Shown here piece by piece: positions 37,701 to 50,489 of a DNA stretch of 64,000 nucleotides. Origin of the DNA: Selaginella moellendorffii (Eukaryota > Plantae > Lycopodiophyta); the NCBI RefSeq assembly GCF_000143415.4, contig NW_003314283.1, positions 799,955 to 863,954 of the forward strand, written 5' to 3'. A model generated the notes under the pieces. That model ran no database searches. It was given only the letters and a program-made list of their open reading frames with translations, and had not been told where the DNA came from. Each line of letters begins with the position of its first letter. The stretch's first letter is position 1. The translations under genes and the position numbers were made by a program.

Positions 37701-40700
37701 TTGGACCAATTCCAGGATACCATGCCGGAGGAGCTACCGGCGGGGTTGCCCCTCGCACGACCGATAGAACATAAGATTGAGCTGGTCGAGGGTGTTGAGG
37801 CGGTGGTTCATCCCCCCTATCGTTTGAACGAAAAAGAACTCAAGGAGCTCAAGTGCCAACTAGAGGAGTTGGTGGACAAAGGGTATGTTACGTTGAGCAA
37901 GTCACCGTATGGGGCGCCAGTGTTATTTGTGAAAAAGAAAGATGGATCTATGCGCATGTGCATAGATTACCGGCTGCTCAACAAGTATACAAAGAAGAAC
38001 AAGTACCCTTTGCCAAGGATTGAGGACCTGTTTGATAGGTTGGGAAAGGCAAAATACTTCTCGAGGATTGACCTAAGGTCAGGATATGACCAGATCAGGG
38101 TAGCTAAGGAAGATGTCGAGAAGACAACCTGTCGAACGAGGTATGGGAGCTTTGAGTTTCTGGTGATGCCCTTTGGGCTGTGCAATGTGCTGGCAACGTT
38201 TTCGGCGTTGATGAACCACATCTTTGTACCCTATCTAGATCACTTCGTGGTCGTCTATATCGACGACATCCTGATCTATAGCGAGACGCTAGAGGAGCAT
38301 GCCAAACACTTGGCAAAGGTGTTTGAGAAACTAAGGGAACACAAACTGTATGCTAAAGAGAGCAAATGTGACTTTGCTCAACAAGAGGTAAAGTTTCTCG
38401 GGCATGTGGTGGGCTAGGACGGGCTCAAGGTGGACCCGGAGAAGGTCCAAGCGATCCAAGAATGGGAACGACCATCGAATGTACATGAGTTGAGGGCGTT
38501 CTTGGGGCTATGCAACTACTACCGAAAGTTTATCAGACACTATTTGAGAGTAGCCCTGCCCTTAACGGACCAAACAGGAAAAGGGAAGATGGTATGGACA
38601 GTGGAATGCGAGGCGGCATTCGTCCACCTCAAAGGGAAGTTGAGGAAGGCTCCCGTGTTGGCATTACCAGACTTTGGTAAGGACTTTGAGGTAGAAATGG
38701 ATGCTTCGGACTTTGCGTTGGGCGCAGTTTTGAAGCAAGACAACCATCCAGTAGCGTTCTTCTCGAAGAAGTTGAACAAGGCTCAACGGAAGTGGCTTGC
38801 CCATGAGAAGGAATTGTTTGTGGTGGTCAAGGCACTCAAGGAGTGGCGACACTACCTTGGGAGACACTTCAAGGTTTATACGGACAATGTGGCAACAAAA
38901 TACTTCTTGTCACAGCCCGACCTGAGAGCGAAACAAGGTCGGTGGGCCAATGCCTTGGCCGAGTTTGATTGCGAAATTCTGTACAAGCCTGGGAAGAGCA
39001 ATATTGTGGCGGATGCGCTAAGTCAAAAAGTGAGCTTGAGGTTGGCGATATCCAGCACAACAGCAACCTTCTGGGACGATGTGTGGACAGCATATGAGAA
39101 CGATGGTCTAGCACAAGAATTGTTGCTAAGGAATCTAGAGGCACGGGAAGCTCACCAGAGAGGTGAGCTGCCAACGAAAGAGAAAACGGGCTATGCGAAA
39201 CGCAACGGACTCATCTATTACAAGCAAACGAGGGTGTATGTTCCAGAAGGGGAACTAAGGAAGGTAGCCTTAGAAGAGTGTCATGACAGACCTCTTGCGG
39301 GACACGGCAGAGTGCCCAAGACGATGGGCTTACTCAAGAGGAAGTACCATTGGCCAGATATGGCTAAGGACGTCCAAGACTATGTAAAGACATGTCCAAC
39401 ATGTCAACAGGTCAAAACCATGACTAAGGCTAGTGGGGGCTTATTGCAAAGCATCTCAATTCCAGATTGTCCGTGGAAATGTCTTACGATGGACTTCATC
39501 ACGGGACTTCCCCCAAGCGAGGGGTTTGATGCGATATTCGTGGTGGTGGACCGATTTTCAAAAATGGCACATTTCATACCCACCACAACGGAAGTGCGGA
39601 AGGTGTGGCGAAGCTATTCCTCGAACAAGTGGTTCGAGTGCGGGGAAGGCCGGAAGGGATCATCTCAGATCGAGATAAGATCTTCACTAGTAGGTTCTGG
39701 AGGACTCTCCTGAAACAGTATCGCACCAAGTTGAAATTCAGCACAGCCTATCACCCACAAACAGGTATGGGGTAGTCAAGTTTGGTGGCACTAACACTTC
39801 TTGACAGACGGACAAACGGAAAGGGTGAATAGGTAGCTGGAGGATTATTTGCGATGCTATGTCTCGGGAGACCAGACCGATTGGGTAACTCATTTAGGAC
39901 TTGCGGAAATGTGTTATAACAACTCACCACATTCGAGTATCGGGGTGAGTCCATGGGAAGTCATCAACGGGCGAGCTATTGAAGGTTCTGTGGAACTCGG
40001 CGTGGCCGAGTATCATGGAGAGCTACCCGCAGTGGAGGCATTCACGGCGGAAAGACTCAACATTTGGAATCTAGTGAGGGATTCCCTGGAACGGTCTCAA
40101 CAAAGGCAAACCAAGTACGCGAACCTAAAGCGCCGGGATGTAGAGTTCCAAGTTGGGGAGAAGGTGTGGCTGAACACCAAGAACCTCAGGCTACCAAGTG
40201 GGATCAGCCGGAAGTTGACCCAAAGGTAAAAATGCATGTATTCCTGTAAATGAATTGATCTTGAGTTCTTTAAGCAAGTTCGTGGGGCCTTATGAGATTG
40301 AGGCACGAATCAGTAAAGTGTCTTACCGACTCCGACTTCCTCAAGAGATGGGGAAGATGCACCTAGTGTTCCACGTGAACTTACTCAAGCCATACTTTGA
40401 GGATCCGCTTCGCAAGGACCAAGTAAGACCTTTACCTGAGGTTATCCAAGGGGAAGAGGAATACGAAGTCGAGGCCATCCTCAATGCGCGCAAGAGCAAG
40501 TGACAAGGACGCGAGGTGAGAGAGTTCCATGTGAAGTGGAAAGGATTTCCACACTGCGAAGCAACATGGGAACCAAAGGAGAACCTGGCGAACGCGCGAG
40601 ATCTAGTGGAGGAATTTCTACAAGGTAGAACTTTATGTACTTATGCAAAGTTCAATTAAAAATATCAATTTGCAAAGTTGAGCAAGTGGCATATGTTGGG

Positions 40701-42202
40701 ACCCGAAGGCGCGCCGAAGGTAAGCTAATTAGCATGGGTTAGCTAGGTCAACCAAGCGTAGGGAGCTACACCCGACTCCCTGCGGGGATGTCGAATCCGT
40801 AGACGTATTCTACGGAGGTTGGGTTCGAGTCCCAACCCCCTAGTAAAGCAAGGCTGGGTTCAAGTCCCGACCCCATACTAGGGCGTGGTGAGGTGAGGAG
40901 TATAGGGACACCTATATTCCGTTGTCATGGGCTCTTGGCCGGGGAGGCTAACTTAGGCACACCGCTAAGTGGGGGGATGCCCCCGGAGACATGGTCAACA
41001 AGTCGTAGGATAAAAAAAAAAAAAAAAAGACGTTTGATGTGGGCATCGAACTTCTTCTATGGGTGGTGGAGTTGTAAGGAACCAACTCGCTGAGGTGTCG
41101 TAGGCTAAAGGAGCCCCGAAAGCATGACCAAAATGATAAAGAGTTCATCGGATGGGACCAAGTCTAAGATCGAGTCTAAAACCGACTCTAAGACCGAGTT
41201 CGAGATAGTGTTCGGAATCGAGTCCGAGACCGACTCAGTGACCGAGTTCGAGACGGAGTCCGAGATCCGAAACCAGGTCCGAGACCGAGTCCGAGGTCGA
41301 GTCCGAGGTCGAGTCCAAGATCGGGTCCGAGGTCGAGTCTGAGATCGAGTCCGAGTCCGAATCCGAAGTCGGATCCGAGATCGAGTCTGAGATCGAGCCA
41401 GAGACTAAGTCTGAGTACTAATACGGGTCAAGGGGTGAAAGCCCAAAGCGTGCGTCTCCCGGGGGGGGCTACAGGGGGTTCATAAAGTATAGTAGGGATA
41501 GTGAGGTCCAGGAACCAGTTTTGAAGGAACTCTCCAGTGGGGCTTCCAAACCGACTTGAGGTTGAGATTAGGGCCGAGGGGCCTTGGGTGGGAGTGAGCA
41601 TGGGCTTGGGTGGTGCTGGAGGGGCCACCCAGGGAAGTGCTCAAGAGCAGCTCCCACTCCCGAAAGGGAAACCAACTGCAATGCTCCCGGCTCATGTGGA
41701 GTGGTGCCCCACTTGAGTACCATGCGGCTCATTGGTCCTCGCCCTTCCTAGGGGCTTAGGCCTTCTTTTGGGATGGAAGTGGGGGGTTAGAGGTACCCAT
41801 ACCGGGGCGTTAGGCCACAGTGTTTCGCCCCGACGTCCCGAAGCAAGTGCTGCACCTGAGACTTGGGATTTAGAGGGTCCCATGATCAAGTCTTGTTGTA
41901 CCAAGGGGTGTTAGGAACCTGGAGGCTTGGTGTGCTTGGCTGCTTGTGCCTGCGGGGAGTGTAGCCGAACCTTAAGTCCAGTCTAACCCGAGGAGGGGGA
42001 TTGGGAGAGATTTGGGAATCCGTAGATGGATGGCTAACACTCCGTTGCTCGTGCAATGAGTAGCTGAACCCAAGTAGGACCAAGTAAGAGCTGGTACAAT
42101 AGGCGAGAACCTTGGCGAAGGAATTTAGCACAAGCCAAGGCAGTGTTGGTCGGATAGATGAGGTAAGCTGGCAAATTGGAAAGGAAAAATTTGTGGCTTA
42201 CA
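34723..42202 (+). mobile_element. Full-length Ty3/gypsy chromodomain LTR retrotransposon, family 1, copy 2
   Basis: LTRs 34723-35835 and 41073-42202 (TG...CA), TSD AATAA both sides, PBS tggtatcggagc 35839-35850, PPT gggtggtggag. gag with CCHC knuckle, PR (LIDTGAS), RT (YIDD), RNaseH, IN (HHCC, DDE), chromodomain (YEVEAIL...VKWKGF...TWEP). A few stops and frameshifts. Confidence 0.96.
34810..35040. repeat. Hexamer tandem array (ccgaga/ccgagt/tcgagt) inside family-1 LTRs
   Basis: Also at ~23725-23950, ~31180-31410 and ~41160-41410, with variable copy number. Confidence 0.9.
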
Positions 42203-45200
42203 AATAATTTGAGTGGGTACACATTTGGGTGCTAAAACTTCGCATTCATTCCTTGGGTATGAATTTGATTACTTTTTTGTACCATATTATATGAGCTTTT
42301 GCTTAGGCTCATAAGTTGGATTAAGATGTTCCATTTACACGAGTTTGCGCTTGGGCTTATGAGTGAGGTATATTAGCAATTCAAGATTACACTTTGAGTT
42401 GTCAAGATTAATGTTAGCATATCAGTGGTTACCATGAGTTGAACTATGTACCATAAGTGAAAGTAAACATCCCCTAGGTTTCTAATAATGGCAAATAGGC
42501 TGGTCCATAAATGTTTAGCATAGCATTAGTGAATCCTTCCTATGCATGATTATAAGTGGATGAATCAAAACTGTAGAGATTAATTTATTGGTTCAAGTAG
42601 TCATTGTTGTGCTCTCTCATAAACTTTTCTTGGATTGAATTGAAGTAGTGCAAATGCAAGCTTAAGGTTTAATCAAGTTGAGTCCAAAAAGAGAGTTATC
42701 AAGGACGAAGGATCAATTATGTAAAAAAAAAATTTCTTAGAGAGATGATTTGTAACAAAGTGTTAACTCATTGCTCGTGTTTACATCATGCAATCAAGAG
42801 TCCCTACTTTGATGCATATTAGTTATAATGGTTTTACAAGTGGTGAATCATAGGATAGATAGTGGTGAAACACTAAACCATTTTGTTTATGCTTGCTATT
42901 GAAGACTTGGGTTACAATGCTTAACTTTTTTTCAAGGAACCTTGCTATTGCTCCTTGAATAGCTTGATGTTAAATTACTGTTGAGTTTAGTTAGAAAAAG
43001 AGTGGAATAAATTTATCCATATTGTGAACAAAGTTAGTGATGGTAAGTGTTGTAAATCTCTATTGGTGAAGTGTGGTATTTATGTTGCATTTTGTCAAAT
43101 AGAATTAGCATTTGATACTCATATAAAGTTATAAAGTAATAATGTGGGCTTGCTCGTGGTATTGTTCAATTGATGATCAAGTCATTGTGATTCTTTATAT
43201 CATATTCATATAATAGTGAACAATGTGTTTATGAAGTTGCTTGGTTAAATGATAATTAACCCCAAAGTGGTTGATGGTGAAGCTAGTCTATTTACATGTA
43301 GTAGTATTACAGTAACTTTGACTAGATTCACAATAGTTATCCATTATGCTAAACTTAAGTTGGTATCTTGTTTCTTTACTCATAAAGTGTTGGAAAGGGT
43401 TATAGCATTCACTTGCTATGGCTTGTTGGTAAATCCATTACACTTGGAGTAGATTATTGGATGGTGAAGGTATGAAGCTAAGGCATTGGTATTGTTAACA
43501 CTTGTGTTAGTGGAAATAGCATTACTATATTGAGTGATAAGGAATTTTCCTTAGAGCTTGATTATCCATGTCATTTTTTTTGTTAATGTTTTAGCTTTAT
43601 ATTGGATCTTAAACATGGTTGAAGAAGAGTGTTAGTGCAATATAAATATTCAAAAATTTGGTCTTTGTAATCAAGTCTTATATGTTCATTTTCCAATTTG
43701 TGAATATCGATGTTGAATGTTGGAAATATAAGCATGATGTTTGATGCTTAAACATACTATTGGGTCATAAGAATTTGTGTTGAAATGAACATATGTGAAG
43801 TTATTAATAGGAGGAAGTTAATTGAGTTTTGAAAGTTTGTATTCTTAGATTGAGAGTTATTTTTTCTCTAGGATGGAAATTTTCCACAAACTTTGTTAGA
43901 CTTTTTCAATGGCTAATCTGTTAATCACTTTGCTTGAAAACCATTCTGTTTTTATAAGTCAATAAAAACTAGTGAAGGACTTTGATTAGCTTAGACCTTA
44001 GTTGGTAGTTTGTATGATGCAACTTGAAAGGGATATTAACTTTTGAGTCTAAAGAAATTAAATTGGATAGAGTCTAGAGTTGGTGTAAAAAAGTGGCCAT
44101 TACCCTTTTCTAGAAAGATGACATTTATGCCTTTCTTCTATAACATTATGCTAGGTGGCAGTTTACACCTTGCATTTTGTTAAACTTTATAAGAGTAGTG
44201 AGCTTTTACTAATACTAACTTAGTCTTGATGGCCTTGCACTTTAGCTGAGGATGGTGATGTCTAGCCTAGTTGTTTGAATTTGAGGTGTTAATACCTATA
44301 TTATAGCTTTGTTTATGAGGAGGTTATGTACCAATATGAGTCTATCTCATAGTCTTTACTATAGTTTCAACTAAATGTTGATCATGCATAATTAGCATCT
44401 TCAAGGCATGCTCAGAGTTGTTAGCTAAATGCATTAGTGAGTTTATTGCAGTTGAGTTGGATTCAAGTGGTCATTTAATTCATACTTATCCATGAACCTT
44501 TATCTTATATCTAGGGTATTATATTCATATTGGACAAGTATATGACTTGATGGCATAAGTTTAGTGTTTGAGTTTTGTGAAGGGTAAATTAAAGAAAGAT
44601 TATTGATTGTTCTGCAACTAGTAATTACTTGTAGATTTTGTCGAGGAACGTTAACACTTGCTTCACTTGATGATGATTTAGTGGTGATAAGTTTACTTTA
44701 CTAGATGGTGTTACGGAGGATTGTGTCATTAAACTTGCATGATTTTTCCATGTTAGCATATCGATTCTACCTTTGTTGATATCATTTAGTTATGTTTAGT
44801 CTATGGTGTTAGATTTCATTGAGTTGTGGACGTGGTGAATCACTCATTGATGATGTGTTATTTATAACTGAATATTGTTGAAGGATTGATTTTAGATACT
44901 GACTAAGGTATTTTCAACTTTTTGTAACTTGATTGTTAGAGAGCTTTGAGTGATGATTCACTCTTGCTTTCTTTTAGCTTTATTCTAGTGTTGATGGTAT
45001 TAAAGTGATGCCTTATCATTGATATTACTGATGTGGAGATTCAAGTGAAATAAAATGTCTCTCTGTAAGATTGATATTAAGTTTCATTAGTCTTGATGCA
45101 AATAATATTAATACTTAGGCTATAGCTTTGTGTTATTAACATTCGTGCAATTGCTAGTTAGCAACTATATTGGCATTCAAACAAACTGAGTAGTAGTTAA

Positions 45201-48200
45201 GTTAATTGTATCTTAGAAAGTTGTTTAATAGGGGTTGAGTTTTAAGCTTTTCCTTGAAAAATGATTCAATTATGGATTATACTAACTTTACGAGAGGAAG
45301 AGTTAGTGATCAATAATGAAGATGTTAGTTCCTTGTTAGATTTAAGTTAGGGATATATAAATCATTGATGATTCTTTTCATGTTTGTTACAAAGTGAGTT
45401 ACGTTTGGTTGTAAATGGATTCATAAAGGATCGTTTGATGATCACTTGTTAAGCATATCTTCGTTGTGCTTAACTTTTGGATTGATGCAAACATATTTTT
45501 CATTAGCTTTGGCATTATGAAGTATAGTTTTTAGATGTGTTGAGAAGGATATTATGTTGTATTATAATTTCTTCTTTAGCATTGAAGTTAGTTCATATGA
45601 GACTCATGATCATTGTTAGGCAAGACTTGGCTATAAACTTCTTCAAACTTTTAGTTCTTTGAGTTTATACTCATTGTTTCATTTGTTAAAAGTTGTTAGG
45701 GAAGGTATTTTAGTTTATTATCTTCGATGTTAAAGGTAGTATTTGCATCTAGCAATCATTGATAATGGATGACTATCATCTTGGGATAGTTTATTGTTCT
45801 CGTTAAGAGTTTTACCTAGTTATTGTTGGTGATGAATGATTTGCTATACTTTGGGATAATGGATTATTTCTTTGATGATGATTATGCATGTCTCTAATAA
45901 TAAGATGATTAATGATCTTTCATGATAGTTAGTTGTTCTCATTGATAGCTTTTGGCTTTTCGCAATACCATATATTTTTGTGGTTTGCTCTAGATTGGTC
46001 TCTTGAGTTTGAGACATCGATAGGATGTTGCTAAAGTTTGTTTAAGCAACTTTAGTTCTTCATATTATTGACCAAGATCTATTCAAATTGGTTAGTGTGA
46101 TAGTTGGCATGAACATTGTGTTTGTTAGTTTTTGCAATGTTTATTTTGTTCTATTAACTATTGCTATAGTTGGTTCTGATAGATTGGATATTATTTCTTT
46201 TAGATGATAAATTCGTGAGTATTTTATTTGTCAGTCGATGATACTTTATGTTCTTTTAGATGTCTTTTATAAGTTGTTTAATATACTATTTGCAATATTT
46301 AATAGTTAATTTTATCATTAAGTTTTCTTTATGATACATTAGCTATTGAATTTGCTGGATGATGAATTCTAAGTTTTCCAATTATGATGATCTTGGCCTA
46401 TACTATAATTCTCATTTATCAAATAATAACTTAGAATACTTTTGTGTTCTAATCTAAGATTTATTCACTAATACTTAAGTCTCTAATATATCATTGTTTA
46501 TGACTTTGATATTGTCCATCTATTGATCTTTGGGTTTAGGCCAATATAAGCAAATTGGCTTCAACACTTTGTGTGCATGGTAAAATCTTTAGTTATAGGG
46601 TTAACTATTATCGACTGGTCACATCACTTACCTCTCTCTCGATGTTCCTTATTTTATTAAAAAGGGCATGATCATAATTACCTATTTATAATCTATTTAA
46701 ACCTTACTGATAAGTTTGGTTTCTTTGCTCAACAGGGTTAGGGCCTCTAGCTTCTCTCTCTATGCCATATGTGGGTAGGGGCTATTACTCTTTTGTAAGC
46801 TGGGTGACACCTAGAGCAGCAAAGGTGGCTAACTCTATTAGTCATTTTCTTGTCGGCAATGGCCAGAAAGTGTTTGAGTGTAGTGCATTTGCATTAGACA
46901 GAGAGGTTACCTTAACTTATTTAAATTGGTGTATTTCTCACAAAATATGAATACCATGAACTTTTTCTAGAGTTATTTCCTTGGCGGTATTCTAAACTAG
47001 AGTATGTATTGACGAGAACGTCGATCTTCCCTGGGGGGAGAGTGTTGCAAATGTGACTTTGGGTATTGAAAGTTATTTGTCCACTAGTTCTTTTGGATAT
47101 TCTATTACAATGGCAAAAAATTGGTATTGCTGAACCCTTTATCAATCCCTTTTGTGTTAATGAAGTTAACTAGGCATTTTGAGTATACTTAGACCAAACG
47201 AGCATAAAGACAAAATTCCTACATGCTATTAGCTAAGCATATTTAACCTAGTAAGGAGTTACTGTCTTATTCTATCTTGCACTAGCTAGTGACAAGAACC
47301 CTTGCGTATTAAGACTAATCCTTTAATATCGCTAGATGATAGCTTATTGTGTCTGCTAAACACCCTCACTATCATACACCTTGTATTAGTTTCATTTGGT
47401 CCCAATTACTATTTATAGTAAATGTCTAAATTTGCTAATTTCGTATATCTATGGAATGTAGATATTGTCTTGAACATAATAATGTTTATCTCGTGTTCAA
47501 ATTCACAATTTAGCACCATTCCATATTTATTAAGTCTTGAGTTAGTCCCAGAGATTAACTCTTAGTACTAAGGATGGCTAAGGGAGAAAGCCCAAAGTGT
47601 GCATTCCTCAAAAGGGGGTTATAAAGGGTTTTAAATGTATAGTAGAAATAGTGGGTAAGTTGAGTATAACTAACTAACCTAAGGCATAATTTAGCTTCTG
47701 TTTACGTGCCTATCTTTATTTTGCATCAAGCTTGGGTTTAAACCCAAATTCCACACCATACTAATTGATGGATTATTCATATCCTTGCGTTATGCCACTA
47801 ATATGCTAAAATAGCGCCAAACTCCATTTGGCTTTGTTTTGCATGTTGATCCTAGCATTAGGATAGATGTTCTAAGACTATTCCAAGTCACTCGATGCTC
47901 TTGTCCTTTTTTTTTTTAGGTTGTACACTTAGGAGTTACTTTATGCTCCAGTTCCTCTGTTCTTTAACTCCATGCTTAGGAGTTTGGCTCCATTCCTTTA
48001 TTTAGTGGCCCAAGGCCTTGAAACTTAGGTTCAATTTTGCTGTCCTTGGACATGTGGTATATGGCACGTGGCATGTGACATATGGCACATAAGGGAGGGT
48101 TTAGGTTCCACTTCGTAGTTATCCTATGGTTAATGACCATAGGCTAAAGGGTAAAAACCACATATGCTACAATATTAATCTTTTAAAAGTATGATATTGC

Positions 48201-48779
48201 AGCGTATAGCGAAAGTAATACATGGATTGTTATTTCTTGAGAGGAATTAATCTCTTAAACTTGGTTAATCAATTCACTCTGACTTAAACTTCCTTTGAGT
48301 CTTTTGACAAATATGTAATTTTATTACTGTTGTGAAATAGATAAGTATAGTTGCTGATAACTCTATATATTTGACAATACTCCAAAAATGTTTCTTTATG
48401 AATTTTCAATAAAAGTTTATATTTTCCTCTTCAAAAGTGATTACTAGCCTCTAGGCAGAATAATGGACAAGGCTGATTAACTTATCACCTCGATGAAGAT
48501 AAATAACCATTATATATATATATATATATATAACCATACCATTATTGCAAGGATCCATCCAAATATAGTAATTGCTTACATCTTATCATAAATTAGTCAC
48601 GAGCATTTAACCAAAAGACAAAGAGATTAGGGATTGGGAATTGGGAGTTTTTCCAAATTCCATAATCTTAAATTCAGCTAACAATTACAAGCACATTAAC
48701 GCTACACAGAGTTGGAGCGCCCCCCCCCCCTCTTTTATATGTTATCTCGTACTATGCTCTACTGCACTGTATTGACAAA

Positions 48780-49400
48780 GTAAGTTAGCCAACATTAATA
48801 TGTACACCAGACTTGAAGATGTTGCAGAAGAATGAGAGTAAGCAAAACGCTACATCAATAAGGTAATTTTACTTTCTAAAACTCAAACGGATTCAGAGTC
48901 CGTACAAGCCATATTACATGTTCTAAATCCATGGGAGTGGTCAGACTGCAGGTAAGGCCACCTTCTATGCTTATTTATACCAAACTTTTCTATTACCTTT
49001 GCAGCAATTATATCAGTCGAATCTACAGCATTAAAGATATTCGAAAATCCATGCTACCTTTGTACACGAAGCTAGTCAGCCGCCTGAGTATTTGGAGCTT
49101 TGGTCTTTTATATCTTGTATTTTAATTTCTTTTGTTCCTAACGGTGGTGTTATTCCAACCATAGGCACTCGAAGATGGGTGAGGGCTCTCAATCTCACTA
49201 TCTAAGTCCCTTGGAACTCCAAGGAAGAGTAAGTATAAGTTTCAAACATTAGAAACCAAACGTTAAGGTGGGACGATGGGCTGAAGTTTACGACGGTTTG
49301 ACTTTCGCTGCAGTGCATCGAGCAGGACATATGGTACTGAGTACACAGTCACAACGAGGACTCGATTTTAAGGCTTTCTCTCTGGAAACCCACCACCGCG
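48780..49400 (+). pseudogene. Second serine carboxypeptidase-like remnant (C-terminal exons)
   Basis: WSDC, SMLPLYTKL..LSIW, VIPTIGTRRWVRALNL and VGRWAEVYDGLTFAAVHRAGHMV (catalytic His motif). In-frame stops. Confidence 0.75.
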
Positions 49401-49509
49401 CTTTCACAAACAAGGATCTACGTAAAAAAACAACCTGCAAAACTTTCTAAAGAATAAATTCTTGGTGCTGGGGTTTCATTCATAACGTTCTTCTAGCTAC
49501 CAAGTATAG

Positions 49510-50100
49510 AGAACGTTTGGAGCTCAATCGACTTCTCCAGATCTTGAGAAGCCATCAAGGAATCAGCAAGGACATACCAGGTGTATTTTGGAGAGTTCTG
49601 CAACAAGCTAAGTTGTCTCAAAGACGGGAAATGGCTCCATGGTCTTGTTTCCAGTTCCCGCATTTGGATTGGATCAAACACATTTTGGAAACACACTCTT
49701 AAGTCTATATAGCAAGTGTGGGGCGATCCAGGAGGCTTTACAAGTTAGTATGGAGCAGAGAAATGTTGGTGATGATCTCGGCATTTGCCATTTGATGAGG
49801 CATAATTGCTTCACTCGGCTCTGACGTTCGTAGACACGGACTTAGTCTTTGGAAACTTATGAGAAGTGTGGATGTCTCCGGAAAGTGTTTGAGCGGATGA
49901 TCGTGTCTCCTGGACGTGGATGGTGGCCATGCACGCTCAACACGGTGATTGCCAGAAATCGTGGTTTTTGGAAAGATGTAGCAAGGTGGCGTCAAGGCAC
50001 TTTCACGGTGGTTTTGTTTGCATGTTCGCTGGAGCGAGTTTGGGATAGAACCCTCGAGAGATCATTACACTTGCATGGTTGATCTCTTGGGACGGGCTGG
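49510..50100 (+). pseudogene. PPR gene fragment
   Basis: GLDQTHFGNTLLSLYSKCGAIQEALQV and YEKCG.LRKVFERM pieces spread across frames. Confidence 0.6.
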
Positions 50101-50489
50101 GAGAGTGTTGACGATCGAATTCCTCGACTAGCAAGCCGGATCTAGCTGTGCTCTTGAATTCGTGTAGGAGTTTTGCGGATTGGGAGCGAGGATAAAGGAT
50201 TGCCGGTGGCGTGCTCGATCACGCAGATTCCAGCTACTTACAAATTCGCAACTTTAAAGTTTATTGTTCCATAGGATTGGTGTGGCGATCTACGGCTGTG
50301 GTAGTTTATCTTTACGCCACGTGGCGGTTCCTTATTGGCAATATTTTGAGGAATCAAACGGATATGCTTCGCCATGGCGGAAGAATAGGTCAGTCTGGAG
50401 GAGACGCTGGTCATCCAACGCAATGCGCCCGTCTGGATTGAGGATCTACCGGTAAGGAAGGATATCACAGCTCCCTCTTCGCGCCGACA

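Larger units (their letters stand above)
22980..48171 (+). mobile_element. Old decayed gypsy-type LTR element (family 2) hosting the nested insertions
   Basis: 5' LTR split into 22980-23640 and ~34118-34553, followed by PBS tggtatca. Decayed internal region 42208-47030, purine tract ggggggagag, 3' LTR 47043-48171 (TG...CA). No clear TSD. Confidence 0.65.

Noticed and set aside
42208-47030. AT-rich tract as organellar DNA or a novel gene
   Set aside because: It lies between a PBS and a PPT plus LTR and has no long ORF, so it is best explained as a decayed retroelement interior.
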